Shown here piece by piece: positions 9,382-18,087 of a stretch of 64,000 nucleotides of DNA. Under the pieces are notes generated by a model that worked only from the letters and a program-made list of their open reading frames with translations, was not told where the DNA came from and did not search any database. Within the stretch, counting starts at the first letter, position 1. The number at the start of each line of letters is the position of its first letter. The stretch is from Patescibacteria group bacterium (GTDB lineage: Bacteria; Patescibacteriota; Patescibacteriia; UM-FILTER-42-10), in contig JAHJEX010000074.1 of assembly GCA_018825385.1 (NCBI GenBank), positions 997-64,996 of the forward strand, written 5' to 3'. Made by a program: the position numbers and the translations under genes.

Positions 9382-12141
9382 ATGGCAATTCTAGGGAAAC
9401 TGTTTGGAGATCCAAATAAGAAAAATATTTCAAATCTTGAAGCACAAGTTGAGCAGGTGGAAGGATTTAGAGAGGAATTTGCAAAAATTCCAATTGAAGC
9501 CTTTTCTCAGAAATCAGAAAAATTCAAAAACGAATTGCAATCCGGAAAAACGCTGGACGATATTTTGCCGGAGGCTTTTGCTTTGGCTAGAGAGGCGGCA
9601 AAGCGGGCAATCAATCAATTTCCGTACAAGACTCAGGTGATGGGCGGACTCGTATTACATCAAGGTAAAATTTCGGAAATGAAAACCGGTGAAGGAAAAA
9701 CGCTGGCTGCAACCATGCCTCTATATCTAAATGCGCTAGCAGGAAAGGGAGCTCATCTTGTAACAGTTAACGATTATCTTTCAAAAAGAGATACTGCTTG
9801 GATGGGTAGGATATATAACCTGCTTGGAATCTCTGTCGGATGTGTTCAGCATGATGAAGCATTTTTATTTGATCCCTCTGTTAAATCAGATGTAGACTCT
9901 AAAACCGCAATCCAGGTGGATATAGAGTTACTAAGGCCAGTTAGTCGGAGAGAGGCGTATCAGGCTGATATTACATACGGAACTAATAATGAGTTTGGCT
10001 TTGATTATTTACGGGATAATATGGTTCAAATTCGATCACAGATGGTGCAAAGAGAGCTTAATTATGCGATTGTTGACGAAGTCGATAGCATTCTCATTGA
10101 TGAAGCAAGAACTCCGTTGATTATTTCTGCACCGGATGAGGAGGCTACCGACCAGTATTATAAGTTTGCTCAACTAGTAAATAAGTTGGAAGAAGGCCCT
10201 GACTATAATATTGATGAAAAAATGCGAGCAGCCACTTTGACGGAACAGGGGATTACTAGTGTGGAAAAGTCACTTGGAATAGAAAACCTTTATGCTGAAG
10301 GAGGAATCAGTTTAGTGCATCACATAGAGCAGTCACTAAAAGCAAAGGCGCTATTTAAATTGGACCGTGATTATGTAATCAAGGAGGGTGAAATAGTCAT
10401 CGTTGATGAGTTTACCGGTCGGTTAATGCCGGGTCGACGTTATTCAGAGGGGCTACATCAGGCAATTGAAGCAAAAGAAAATGTTGAAATTAAAAAGGAA
10501 AGTAAAACACTTGCTTCTATAACTTTTCAAAATTACTTTAGAATGTTTAAAAAACTGGCGGGAATGACTGGAACCGCAGCAACTGAAGCGGAGGAATTTT
10601 CGAAAATATATGGCCTTGAAGTTATGGTTATTCCGACTAATAAAACATTGATACGTAATGATAAAACAGATCAAATATTTAAAACCGAGGAGGCTAAATT
10701 TAAAGCGATTGTGAATGAAGTGAAACAGCGTAATGAAAAAGGACAACCGGTGCTTATTGGCACGATTTCTATCGAAAAGAATGAGTTATTGGGACAATTG
10801 CTAGATATGGAAGGAGTTCCCCATAAAATGCTAAACGCTAAGCAACATGAGCAAGAAGCAAATATCATTGCCCAGGCTGGTAAAGATGGGGCTGTTACAG
10901 TTGCAACCAATATGGCAGGAAGAGGTGTCGACATTATCCTTGGTGGCAATCCTCCAGACGAAACAGGGACAGAAAAGGTTCTTTCAGCCGGCGGCTTATT
11001 TGTAATTGGCACAGAGCGACACGAATCACGTCGAATAGACAATCAATTAAGAGGACGATCAGGAAGACAGGGCGATCCTGGTGAAACTCAGTTTTTTGTA
11101 TCCATGGAAGATGATTTGATGCGTATATTTGGTTCTGATCGCATGAAGGGGATTATGGAAAGGTTGGGTATTCCTGACGATATGCCAATCCAAAATAAGA
11201 TGATCAGTCGATCCTTGGAATCTGCCCAAAAGAAAGTTGAAGGAAATAACTTTGATATTCGAAAGCACTTAGTGGAATATGATGACGTTATTAATAAACA
11301 TAGAGAAGTAATTTACAAAAAGCGCCACGATGTATTGAACTCAGAGGCAGGTGAAGAAGGCTATAACGGCGAAATATTGAAAATGATTGAGTCAGAAATT
11401 GAACAAGTAGTTTCATTTCACACTGCTTCTGAGGATGAAGATATATGGGATATTGAAGAGATATATGAGGTTGCTGACACTATTTTTCCTGTCACAATGG
11501 AAGCACGGGTAAAAATGGAGGATATTCATAAGGAGGCAGGAACAAAACTTGAGGATGCAGAAAGCAGAACGCATCTGATAAAATATTTAATTGGTCTGGC
11601 ACACAAGGAATACAAAAATCTTGAAACTAGGGTTGGAGATGAGAATTTAATGCGAAATTTGGAGCGAGTAGTTGTTCTGAGAGTTATTGACCGACTATGG
11701 ATTGATCATTTATCACAAATGGAACACTTGAGAACTGGGATTGGCTTGCGTGGATACGGACAGAGAGATCCACTTATAGAATATAAGAAAGAAGCTTACC
11801 AGCTTTTTACAACAATGATGGCTAGTCTTCAGAATAATGTCGCTCATACTATTTACAAAATTGGTTTAGCAAAAGAAATCGCACCATCAATGATGCAGGC
11901 TAATCAGATAACACAGGCACCTTCGAAGACAATGAATGGTCAACACCAGCATTTTACCGTTCCTATGGAGCAGCCACAGGCGGCAAATGACACATTTTCT
12001 CAAACAAAACCACAGGCATTACCCGGGACAAAGGTTACAGAAGGTGGAAAACTCAAAACAATAGATGGAGAAAAAGTCGGAAGGAATGATCCATGTCCTT
12101 GTGGATCAGGAAAAAAATTTAAAAAGTGTCATGGCCAATAA
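9382..12141 (+). CDS. secA: Preprotein translocase ATPase SecA
   Basis: MKTGEGKT, DEVDSILIDEARTPLIIS, ATNMAGRG and RGRSGRQGDPG motifs; C-terminal SEC-C motif GRNDPCPCGSGKKFKKCH. Confidence 0.99.
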   Translation: MAILGKLFGDPNKKNISNLEAQVEQVEGFREEFAKIPIEAFSQKSEKFKNELQSGKTLDDILPEAFALAREAAKRAINQFPYKTQVMGGLVLHQGKISEMKTGEGKTLAATMPLYLNALAGKGAHLVTVNDYLSKRDTAWMGRIYNLLGISVGCVQHDEAFLFDPSVKSDVDSKTAIQVDIELLRPVSRREAYQADITYGTNNEFGFDYLRDNMVQIRSQMVQRELNYAIVDEVDSILIDEARTPLIISAPDEEATDQYYKFAQLVNKLEEGPDYNIDEKMRAATLTEQGITSVEKSLGIENLYAEGGISLVHHIEQSLKAKALFKLDRDYVIKEGEIVIVDEFTGRLMPGRRYSEGLHQAIEAKENVEIKKESKTLASITFQNYFRMFKKLAGMTGTAATEAEEFSKIYGLEVMVIPTNKTLIRNDKTDQIFKTEEAKFKAIVNEVKQRNEKGQPVLIGTISIEKNELLGQLLDMEGVPHKMLNAKQHEQEANIIAQAGKDGAVTVATNMAGRGVDIILGGNPPDETGTEKVLSAGGLFVIGTERHESRRIDNQLRGRSGRQGDPGETQFFVSMEDDLMRIFGSDRMKGIMERLGIPDDMPIQNKMISRSLESAQKKVEGNNFDIRKHLVEYDDVINKHREVIYKKRHDVLNSEAGEEGYNGEILKMIESEIEQVVSFHTASEDEDIWDIEEIYEVADTIFPVTMEARVKMEDIHKEAGTKLEDAESRTHLIKYLIGLAHKEYKNLETRVGDENLMRNLERVVVLRVIDRLWIDHLSQMEHLRTGIGLRGYGQRDPLIEYKKEAYQLFTTMMASLQNNVAHTIYKIGLAKEIAPSMMQANQITQAPSKTMNGQHQHFTVPMEQPQAANDTFSQTKPQALPGTKVTEGGKLKTIDGEKVGRNDPCPCGSGKKFKKCHGQ

Positions 12142-12976
12142 TCCAAAATACAGAAAAGAAAATATTATTATACAGTCTATTGCAAAGGATGCTTTTAGAA
12201 AATATAAGCAATTATTTAAGGTTGTAACTGTTACAAAAACAAAGAGTGGTCCAGCTGATGTTGTTTCTCAAATGGATCTTGTTATGGACCGACTATTGAA
12301 TAGAAGAATTAAAAAGTACTTTCCAAGTGATGCAATATTTAGCGAAGAAGGATCTGGCGTCCTGGATCAAATGATTGCAGATTATGAAAGAGTATGGGTT
12401 TTGGATCCTATTTGCGGTTCGCTGAATGTTAAGAAGGGGATTAATATTGCCGCAACAAATGTTATTTTGCTCGTTCATGGTGAAATTAAGGCTGCATGGG
12501 TCTTTGATTATCCGAGGGAACGGGTATTGTGGAGTACTGGCGGTCGAAAAGTTTACGACGGCAATAAAAAAATACCAAAACTTGGAAAAAACGAAACAGT
12601 TTGGCATATTGAGGCAAGTAAGGGATACTTACATTTGTTTAGTAGTGGATACCAGAATTTGTACGGAAAATTTATTCAGACAATCGCTACTAGAAAATAC
12701 ACTTATTTTGGTAATTCTGGCAGTTCATTAACTTTTGCGTATGTGGCAACCGGTCAGTTTCAAGGAGCAGTAGCTTTTTATGTAAAGTCATGGGATTTAT
12801 TGGCTGCGTGTTTTCTTGTGGAGCAAAATAGTGGTATCGTAAGGAATTTTGATGGATCAAAGTGGGGGATTAATTCTAAAAGCGTGATCGTCGCTGGTAA
12901 CAGAACAGTATATAATGCCCTGCATGCAGGAATCCAACAATTTGGAAAACAAACTATCAAAAAGCTAGTAAAATAA
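12131..12976 (+). CDS. Inositol monophosphatase-family phosphatase
   Basis: KTKSGPADVVS, SEE, WVLDPICGS and WDLLAA motifs. The ATG at 12131 overlaps the secA stop region. Confidence 0.85.
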   Translation: MANNPKYRKENIIIQSIAKDAFRKYKQLFKVVTVTKTKSGPADVVSQMDLVMDRLLNRRIKKYFPSDAIFSEEGSGVLDQMIADYERVWVLDPICGSLNVKKGINIAATNVILLVHGEIKAAWVFDYPRERVLWSTGGRKVYDGNKKIPKLGKNETVWHIEASKGYLHLFSSGYQNLYGKFIQTIATRKYTYFGNSGSSLTFAYVATGQFQGAVAFYVKSWDLLAACFLVEQNSGIVRNFDGSKWGINSKSVIVAGNRTVYNALHAGIQQFGKQTIKKLVK

Positions 12977-12980
12977 CCTG

Positions 12981-14639
12981 CTAGATTTTTTTTACCATAT
13001 ACTCATCCTCAAGCTGATATCCTAGCTTTCGATAATAGTCCCTTACTCCAATTCCGGAAATAACGGCTATTTTTTTGTATCCATTTTTTTTGGATAGTTT
13101 TTCGGCCTCATCCATAAGACGTTTCCCGAAACCTATGTGTTGTGTTCTACCTTTTTTTGTTGATAATGGGATCATTTCTCCGTATGTGTGTAATTCTCGT
13201 AAAAGTGATGCATTCTGTAAGGCACAAATGTAATGATCTTTATTTTTGTCTTTTGGAAATCTTAATCTACAAAAAGCAAAGATAGTAGAATAGTCTTTTG
13301 ACTCGTAGCTCAAAAATATTTCAGTGCCACCAGATGCTTTATATACTCTTTTTACCAGTTTTACATTTTTCTGAGATACCTTCATTCCTCTTGCTTCTCG
13401 ACATCTTATACATCGGCAGAATTTTTCCTCATGTTTAAGCTCATTTTGAATTATCTGACGAATATTTGTAATCTTCATTCCTCCGGAAATGCTTTGTTTC
13501 GGTATATCTCTAAAAAGCCGTGCTATACGAACATATGGCGGGCAAAGTAATTTGATTTCCTTTAGCAGTGCTTTTAGCTTGTTGTCTGAATAGGGCTTAT
13601 ATATTCCGTTTTTCCATAAGTCATATAGCTTAGAGTATTTAGAAACTATGGTCGGATAAATTTTTATTTGATCAGGCTGGAAGTCAGGGTTTGTGAAAAT
13701 CTGCTTAAACATCTCAACATCTTCCTTCGTGGTCGCCTTATATAGTCCTGGCATGAGATGATATGTAATCTTGAATCCCGCATCCTTATACAATTGAGTA
13801 GCCCTAATTGTAGCTTCGACTTTATGACCGCGCTTATTAAAATCCAAAATGTGATCATGAATACTTTGTACACCCATCTCAACACGAGTTGCACCCAACT
13901 CACGCATTAGGTGAACCTCTTTTTTACTTACAAAATCCGGTCTAGTCTCAAGCGTTATACCCACAACCCTATCTTTTGCTGTTTCGTTAAGCTTTTGAGC
14001 TCGTTTCAACTTAGCCATTATTTGATTTCTTCTTTTTTTCGTTTCTAATATACTCTTTACCTCTTTTATTTCATTCACATCAGCTCTGCTTCTTCTACTG
14101 CTTGAAATCCCATCATTAAATGCGTCAAAACATCTCTTTAGATACCAAATCTGGTAAAGAGGATTGTGATAAGACCAAGTCCCACCCATTACAATTAATT
14201 CACACTTGTCAGTTGGATGGCCATTTTCATAATAGGCTCTCAATCTTGTCCTTACCATTTTATAGGGATCAAATTTCTGTGCCATGGACCTCATTACAGC
14301 AGGTTGTGTCGAGAGATAGCTTTTTGGCATGTCATTTTCTGTAGGGCAGTAAATACATTTACCCGGGCAAGGAAGCGATTTTGTGTGTACGCCTATTGAA
14401 GCAATCCCAGAAAGTGTTCTAATGTCACGTATCCTTAAAGCGCGAACAAAATTATTGTTCTTCTTAGTTATTCCCTTATTAACCAATTGCCGGTAATGCG
14501 CTAAAATAAGATTATTGGTATAAAAGGGGATTTGATGTTTCTTAGAAAACTGTCTTTTAAATCGATAAAGATCCCGCCTTCCCTTCAGATCGGCTTTAAT
14601 GGCTTCGGTCACAAATTGTGTAATAATTTTTTGAGGCAT
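12981..14639 (-). CDS. elp3: Elp3-family radical SAM/acetyltransferase, tRNA uridine(34) carboxymethyltransferase
   Basis: RTLSG, CPGKCIYCP, PKSY, MGGT, ETRPD, EMGVQ, KIYPT, CRCIRCRE, LRELHTYG, QHIGFG and ISGIGVRDYYRKLGY motifs. Confidence 0.93.
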   Translation of the reverse strand: MPQKIITQFVTEAIKADLKGRRDLYRFKRQFSKKHQIPFYTNNLILAHYRQLVNKGITKKNNNFVRALRIRDIRTLSGIASIGVHTKSLPCPGKCIYCPTENDMPKSYLSTQPAVMRSMAQKFDPYKMVRTRLRAYYENGHPTDKCELIVMGGTWSYHNPLYQIWYLKRCFDAFNDGISSSRRSRADVNEIKEVKSILETKKRRNQIMAKLKRAQKLNETAKDRVVGITLETRPDFVSKKEVHLMRELGATRVEMGVQSIHDHILDFNKRGHKVEATIRATQLYKDAGFKITYHLMPGLYKATTKEDVEMFKQIFTNPDFQPDQIKIYPTIVSKYSKLYDLWKNGIYKPYSDNKLKALLKEIKLLCPPYVRIARLFRDIPKQSISGGMKITNIRQIIQNELKHEEKFCRCIRCREARGMKVSQKNVKLVKRVYKASGGTEIFLSYESKDYSTIFAFCRLRFPKDKNKDHYICALQNASLLRELHTYGEMIPLSTKKGRTQHIGFGKRLMDEAEKLSKKNGYKKIAVISGIGVRDYYRKLGYQLEDEYMVKKI

Positions 14640-15383
14640 ATGAATAAGAATACAGCAGATTCAATATTAGAAAAAGTAGCGTCCGACTATAATAACATAG
14701 CGGGCCATTTTTCCCAAACTCGGTATAGAGATTGGGCTGAGTTTTCTGATTTTGAAAAGTTTCTAAAAACAGGTGTATCGGTTCTTGATGTGGGGTGCGG
14801 TAATGGGAGGCTTCTGCATTTCCTGAACAGATACAGAGTTAAGTATGTTGGTATTGATGTGTCATCAAAATTACTAAAGATTGCCAAGCAATTAGTGGAT
14901 GAAAAAATATGCACTTCTATAACAAGCCATAGCTTCATTGAAGCTTCTGCTGAAAAGCTCCCATTTGCTGATAGAACATTCGATATTGCATTTGCAATTG
15001 CGAGTCTATATCATATTCCATCAAAAGAGCTTCGCCAACGCTCAATAAATGAAATATCACGTGTTTTAAAACCAGGCGGTGTGTTTATTATGACTTATTG
15101 GAATATGTGGGAACGATCCAGAAGGACATTGATATACAACAACATTACTGACAAACTTGTCGGCAAATCCAATCTGGATTTCTTTGATGCTAATAAACCT
15201 TGGAAAAATCCAAAAGGTCAGGTGCTTGCTGAGAGGTTTTGCCATGCCTTTACCTTAAGGGAGATTGAGAGACTGTCGAAAAAAAGTAGTTTCAGAACTG
15301 TCGATAAGTATTATATGAAAAAGGGACAAAAATCCAATTCAAAGTATGGCTTTAACGGTGTATATATAGGAAAGAAGTATTGA
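14640..15383 (+). CDS. Class I SAM-dependent methyltransferase, Trm9/ALKBH8-like tRNA carboxymethyluridine methyltransferase
   Basis: YNNIAGHFSQTRY, LDVGCGNGR, IASLYHIP and RVLKPGG motifs. ATG at 14640 abuts the elp3 start codon. Confidence 0.8.
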   Translation: MNKNTADSILEKVASDYNNIAGHFSQTRYRDWAEFSDFEKFLKTGVSVLDVGCGNGRLLHFLNRYRVKYVGIDVSSKLLKIAKQLVDEKICTSITSHSFIEASAEKLPFADRTFDIAFAIASLYHIPSKELRQRSINEISRVLKPGGVFIMTYWNMWERSRRTLIYNNITDKLVGKSNLDFFDANKPWKNPKGQVLAERFCHAFTLREIERLSKKSSFRTVDKYYMKKGQKSNSKYGFNGVYIGKKY

Positions 15384-15408
15384 CAGAAGCCGAAAAATAT
15401 GCTAGACT
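15380..15408 (+). promoter_or_regulatory. Sigma-70 promoter for the first FG-GAP/L,D-transpeptidase gene
   Basis: TTGACA-17 nt-TAGACT with an extended -10 TG. Confidence 0.6.
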
Positions 15409-15452
15409 AGTACTATAGTTCATTCCAAAACAAAAATAAAAAACAAAACCAG

Positions 15453-15550
15453 AGGCTAGAGATGGCCTCACAGAAATCATAAAATTCGAAATCAATATCG
15501 AAAAAAATGGGGCTGTCTCTGGCCTATTTCTATATCTCTTAAAAAGGCCA
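15453..15550 (+). promoter_or_regulatory. Structured 5' leader, 18-bp stem with four G-U pairs
   Basis: 15453-15470 AGGCTAGAGATGGCCTCA pairs with 15508-15525 TGGGGCTGTCTCTGGCCT; every non-Watson-Crick position is G-U. Confidence 0.5.
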
Positions 15551-15562
15551 ACAAAAACAAAA

Positions 15563-16990
15563 ATGCAAAATCACAGAGTAAAAATTAAAATTTTGGTGTT
15601 GGCAGTACTGGCAAGTACTGTTTTTTTGATACCTAAAATCGTACAAGCAACAGAGTCACGTGCACCAGAACTACGTATTTTTAATTCCAATAGCTATTCG
15701 GTCGACAAGGCATTTATGGTTTTTGATGAAAACTTTCAGGGTGGCGCATCCGTCGCGATAGGTGACCTTCAGGGAAATGGAACAAATGAAATAGTTGTTG
15801 CACCGGGTCCTGGAGGAGGTCCACACATTAAAATTTTTAAATCAGATGGAACTTTTATTTCAAGCTTTTTTGCATATACCTCTGGCTACAGGAAAGGTGT
15901 GAATATTGCAGCGGGAGATTTGGACGGAGATGGCAAGGATGAAATTATTGTTAGCACTCGTTATGGAGCAACGCCTCATGTCAGAGTTTTTGATGGCAAT
16001 GGTATTCCAAAGTTCACATGGGGATTTTTTGCATACCAAGAAAATTTCAGAGGAGGTGTAAATATTGCAGCCTGTGATGTTGACGGTGATGGAGAGAAAG
16101 AAATAGTAACAGGTGCGGGGCCGGGCGGTGGACCACATGCTCGTGTATTTGATAAAGATGGCACTTATGCGGGTCTGGATTATTTTCCGTTTGCATCAGA
16201 TTTTCGAGGAGGAATTTCTGTAACCTGTGGCAATGTAGATGGCGGTGCAGAAGAGGAGGTAATTTTTAGTGTTCAGACCTCAGATGAAGCATGGGTAAAG
16301 GTTTACAAAACAAATTCTGAGCAGACAGTCCTTGGAATGTTTCGTGCATTTCCAGAATCATTTCGTGGTGGCATAAATATAGCGAGTGGCGATGTTGATC
16401 GTGATGGGCTTGATGAGATAATTGTTGCAGCTAATACTGGCGGTGGCTCACATGTAAGATTTTTTGAGGCCTATGGTTTTCCACATCCCGATTCAATTTT
16501 TGCCTATGAAGATGAGTTCAGAGGTGGAGTCTTGGTAACAGCAGGCGATGCAAATAATGATTCTTATGATGAAGTTATCGTATCTCCAAATAGAAGATCT
16601 ACAGAAGGAAGAACTGATTTGGATAAATATATTGAAATAGATATTTCTGACCAACAATTAAACTACTATGAAAATGGGTATCTTGTTGACTCTACTCAGG
16701 TGTCTACAGGAAAGTGGTCAATGCCGACACCGTTAGGAACATTTAGCATTCAAAATAAGCATCCTCGAGCTTATTCTGCCACTTACAATTTGTACATGCC
16801 TTTCTGGATGCAGTTTGAGTCAAGGGGATATGGACTACATGAACTCCCAGAGTGGCCTAGTGGCTACAAGGAGGGTCAGGACCACTTAGGTATAAGAGTT
16901 TCACATGGTTGTGTCCGTTTAGGTGTCGGTCCAGCAGAGAAACTATATAGCTGGGCAGAAGTTGGCACTACTGTGATTGTAAAAGATTAA
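15563..16990 (+). CDS. Secreted FG-GAP-repeat beta-propeller fused to a C-terminal L,D-transpeptidase (YkuD) domain
   Basis: Signal peptide; repeated GGV..A.GD.DGDG.DEI and GGGPHV.F units; C-terminal GLHE...SHGCVRL catalytic motif. Confidence 0.9.
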   Translation: MQNHRVKIKILVLAVLASTVFLIPKIVQATESRAPELRIFNSNSYSVDKAFMVFDENFQGGASVAIGDLQGNGTNEIVVAPGPGGGPHIKIFKSDGTFISSFFAYTSGYRKGVNIAAGDLDGDGKDEIIVSTRYGATPHVRVFDGNGIPKFTWGFFAYQENFRGGVNIAACDVDGDGEKEIVTGAGPGGGPHARVFDKDGTYAGLDYFPFASDFRGGISVTCGNVDGGAEEEVIFSVQTSDEAWVKVYKTNSEQTVLGMFRAFPESFRGGINIASGDVDRDGLDEIIVAANTGGGSHVRFFEAYGFPHPDSIFAYEDEFRGGVLVTAGDANNDSYDEVIVSPNRRSTEGRTDLDKYIEIDISDQQLNYYENGYLVDSTQVSTGKWSMPTPLGTFSIQNKHPRAYSATYNLYMPFWMQFESRGYGLHELPEWPSGYKEGQDHLGIRVSHGCVRLGVGPAEKLYSWAEVGTTVIVKD

Positions 16991-17051
16991 TGTTGCCAAA
17001 AGATTATTTACGTGGTATAAGAGAACTATAAATAAGAATTAAGAAATATTT

Positions 17052-17351
17052 ATGCCAGGTGAACCAAAACCAGAACAAGAGTCTCCCCTTGATATTCCAG
17101 GACTTGTTTCAGAATTAGATGCGATTACTGCTCAATGGGGTGTCGAAGATCTAATGGAAAGAAATGAGGTTGCACTAAGGCAACGCGAATCTAAAGTTGC
17201 CACTGTAGTTGATAAACTTCTTAATTCTGACGTGACCGGTGAAAAAGAGCCAGCACTTCTAGAATCTGTAATAGGTGCAATTGGAATGTTCGATGGTCAG
17301 AGTACTACATTTAAACTAAAGGAGTTAAAAGCAAAATTAGAAGGGAAATAG
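17052..17351 (+). CDS. Hypothetical small acidic helical protein (paralog A)
   Basis: 99-aa ORF with its own TTGCCA-17-TATAAG promoter; similar to 17584..17937. Confidence 0.75.
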   Translation: MPGEPKPEQESPLDIPGLVSELDAITAQWGVEDLMERNEVALRQRESKVATVVDKLLNSDVTGEKEPALLESVIGAIGMFDGQSTTFKLKELKAKLEGK

Positions 17352-17395
17352 TTAATACCGGCTCACTGGGAATGAGGAAAGAATCCAAGGAAACA

Positions 17396-17424
17396 TTGAC
17401 ATATCAGAAGATGTTTGATAAAAT
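17396..17424 (+). promoter_or_regulatory. Sigma-70 promoter upstream of paralog B
   Basis: TTGACA-17 nt-TAAAAT. Confidence 0.55.
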
Positions 17425-17583
17425 TTCAGAATTGCTAGATTTATATAAAGAACTTTTCAATCTTGAGCGAATGCGAGCATTTGCCCCCCAAAAAAATATA
17501 ATCCACCTAATTAGATATTCTAATTCTAATATTGAGTAATTAATAAAAATTATTCTCTACAATAAACACTAACGATCAAATAT

Positions 17584-17937
17584 ATGACTGGAGAATTTAA
17601 ACCAGATCAAGGCGAACTCAATGTAGATGTACCTGCATTAGTTTCTAAAATCGATCAAATAAATGACCATTGGAAAGCTAAAGATGAAGGTACCGCGGAA
17701 ATTCCAAATGATTTACATGAGCAAGAACGGGAAATAGGTGCTCAATTGGAGCAGTTACTAAATTCAGATATTAGCGCTGAATCAAATCCAGAATTATTAG
17801 CATCTGTAAAAGCCGGTCTAATGTTTTTCGATAATGCAGATATTGCGAAAATCTTGATGAGAGTCGAAGCAAAGCTGGAGAGCAGGGATGTTGATGAAGA
17901 AGCTCTTGAAAAGCTTGGGGAGCTACCTTTACTATAG
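17584..17937 (+). CDS. Hypothetical small acidic helical protein (paralog B)
   Basis: 117-aa ORF sharing M.GE.KP.Q, D.P.LVS, LLNSD, P.LL.SV, FD and AKLE with paralog A. Confidence 0.75.
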   Translation: MTGEFKPDQGELNVDVPALVSKIDQINDHWKAKDEGTAEIPNDLHEQEREIGAQLEQLLNSDISAESNPELLASVKAGLMFFDNADIAKILMRVEAKLESRDVDEEALEKLGELPLL

Positions 17938-18033
17938 GATTTATAATAACCACCAATATAGAATTATAAAAGAAACATTTAGCCCACTCACAAATCCTGA
18001 GCACGAAGTAGTGAAATAGTATATAAATCAATT

Positions 18034-18058
18034 AAGAGGAGCAAGCTTCCTCTTTTTT
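18034..18058 (+). terminator. Rho-independent terminator
   Basis: AAGAGGA-gcaagct-TCCTCTT followed by a T tract. Confidence 0.65.
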
Positions 18059-18087
18059 GATTACTCAAATTTTGGTACAATATAGAG

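Noticed and set aside
14532-14639. 108-nt coding overlap between elp3 and the methyltransferase implied by the ORF track
   Set aside because: The Trm9-like sequence begins at Met 14640, so the upstream extension is most likely not translated.
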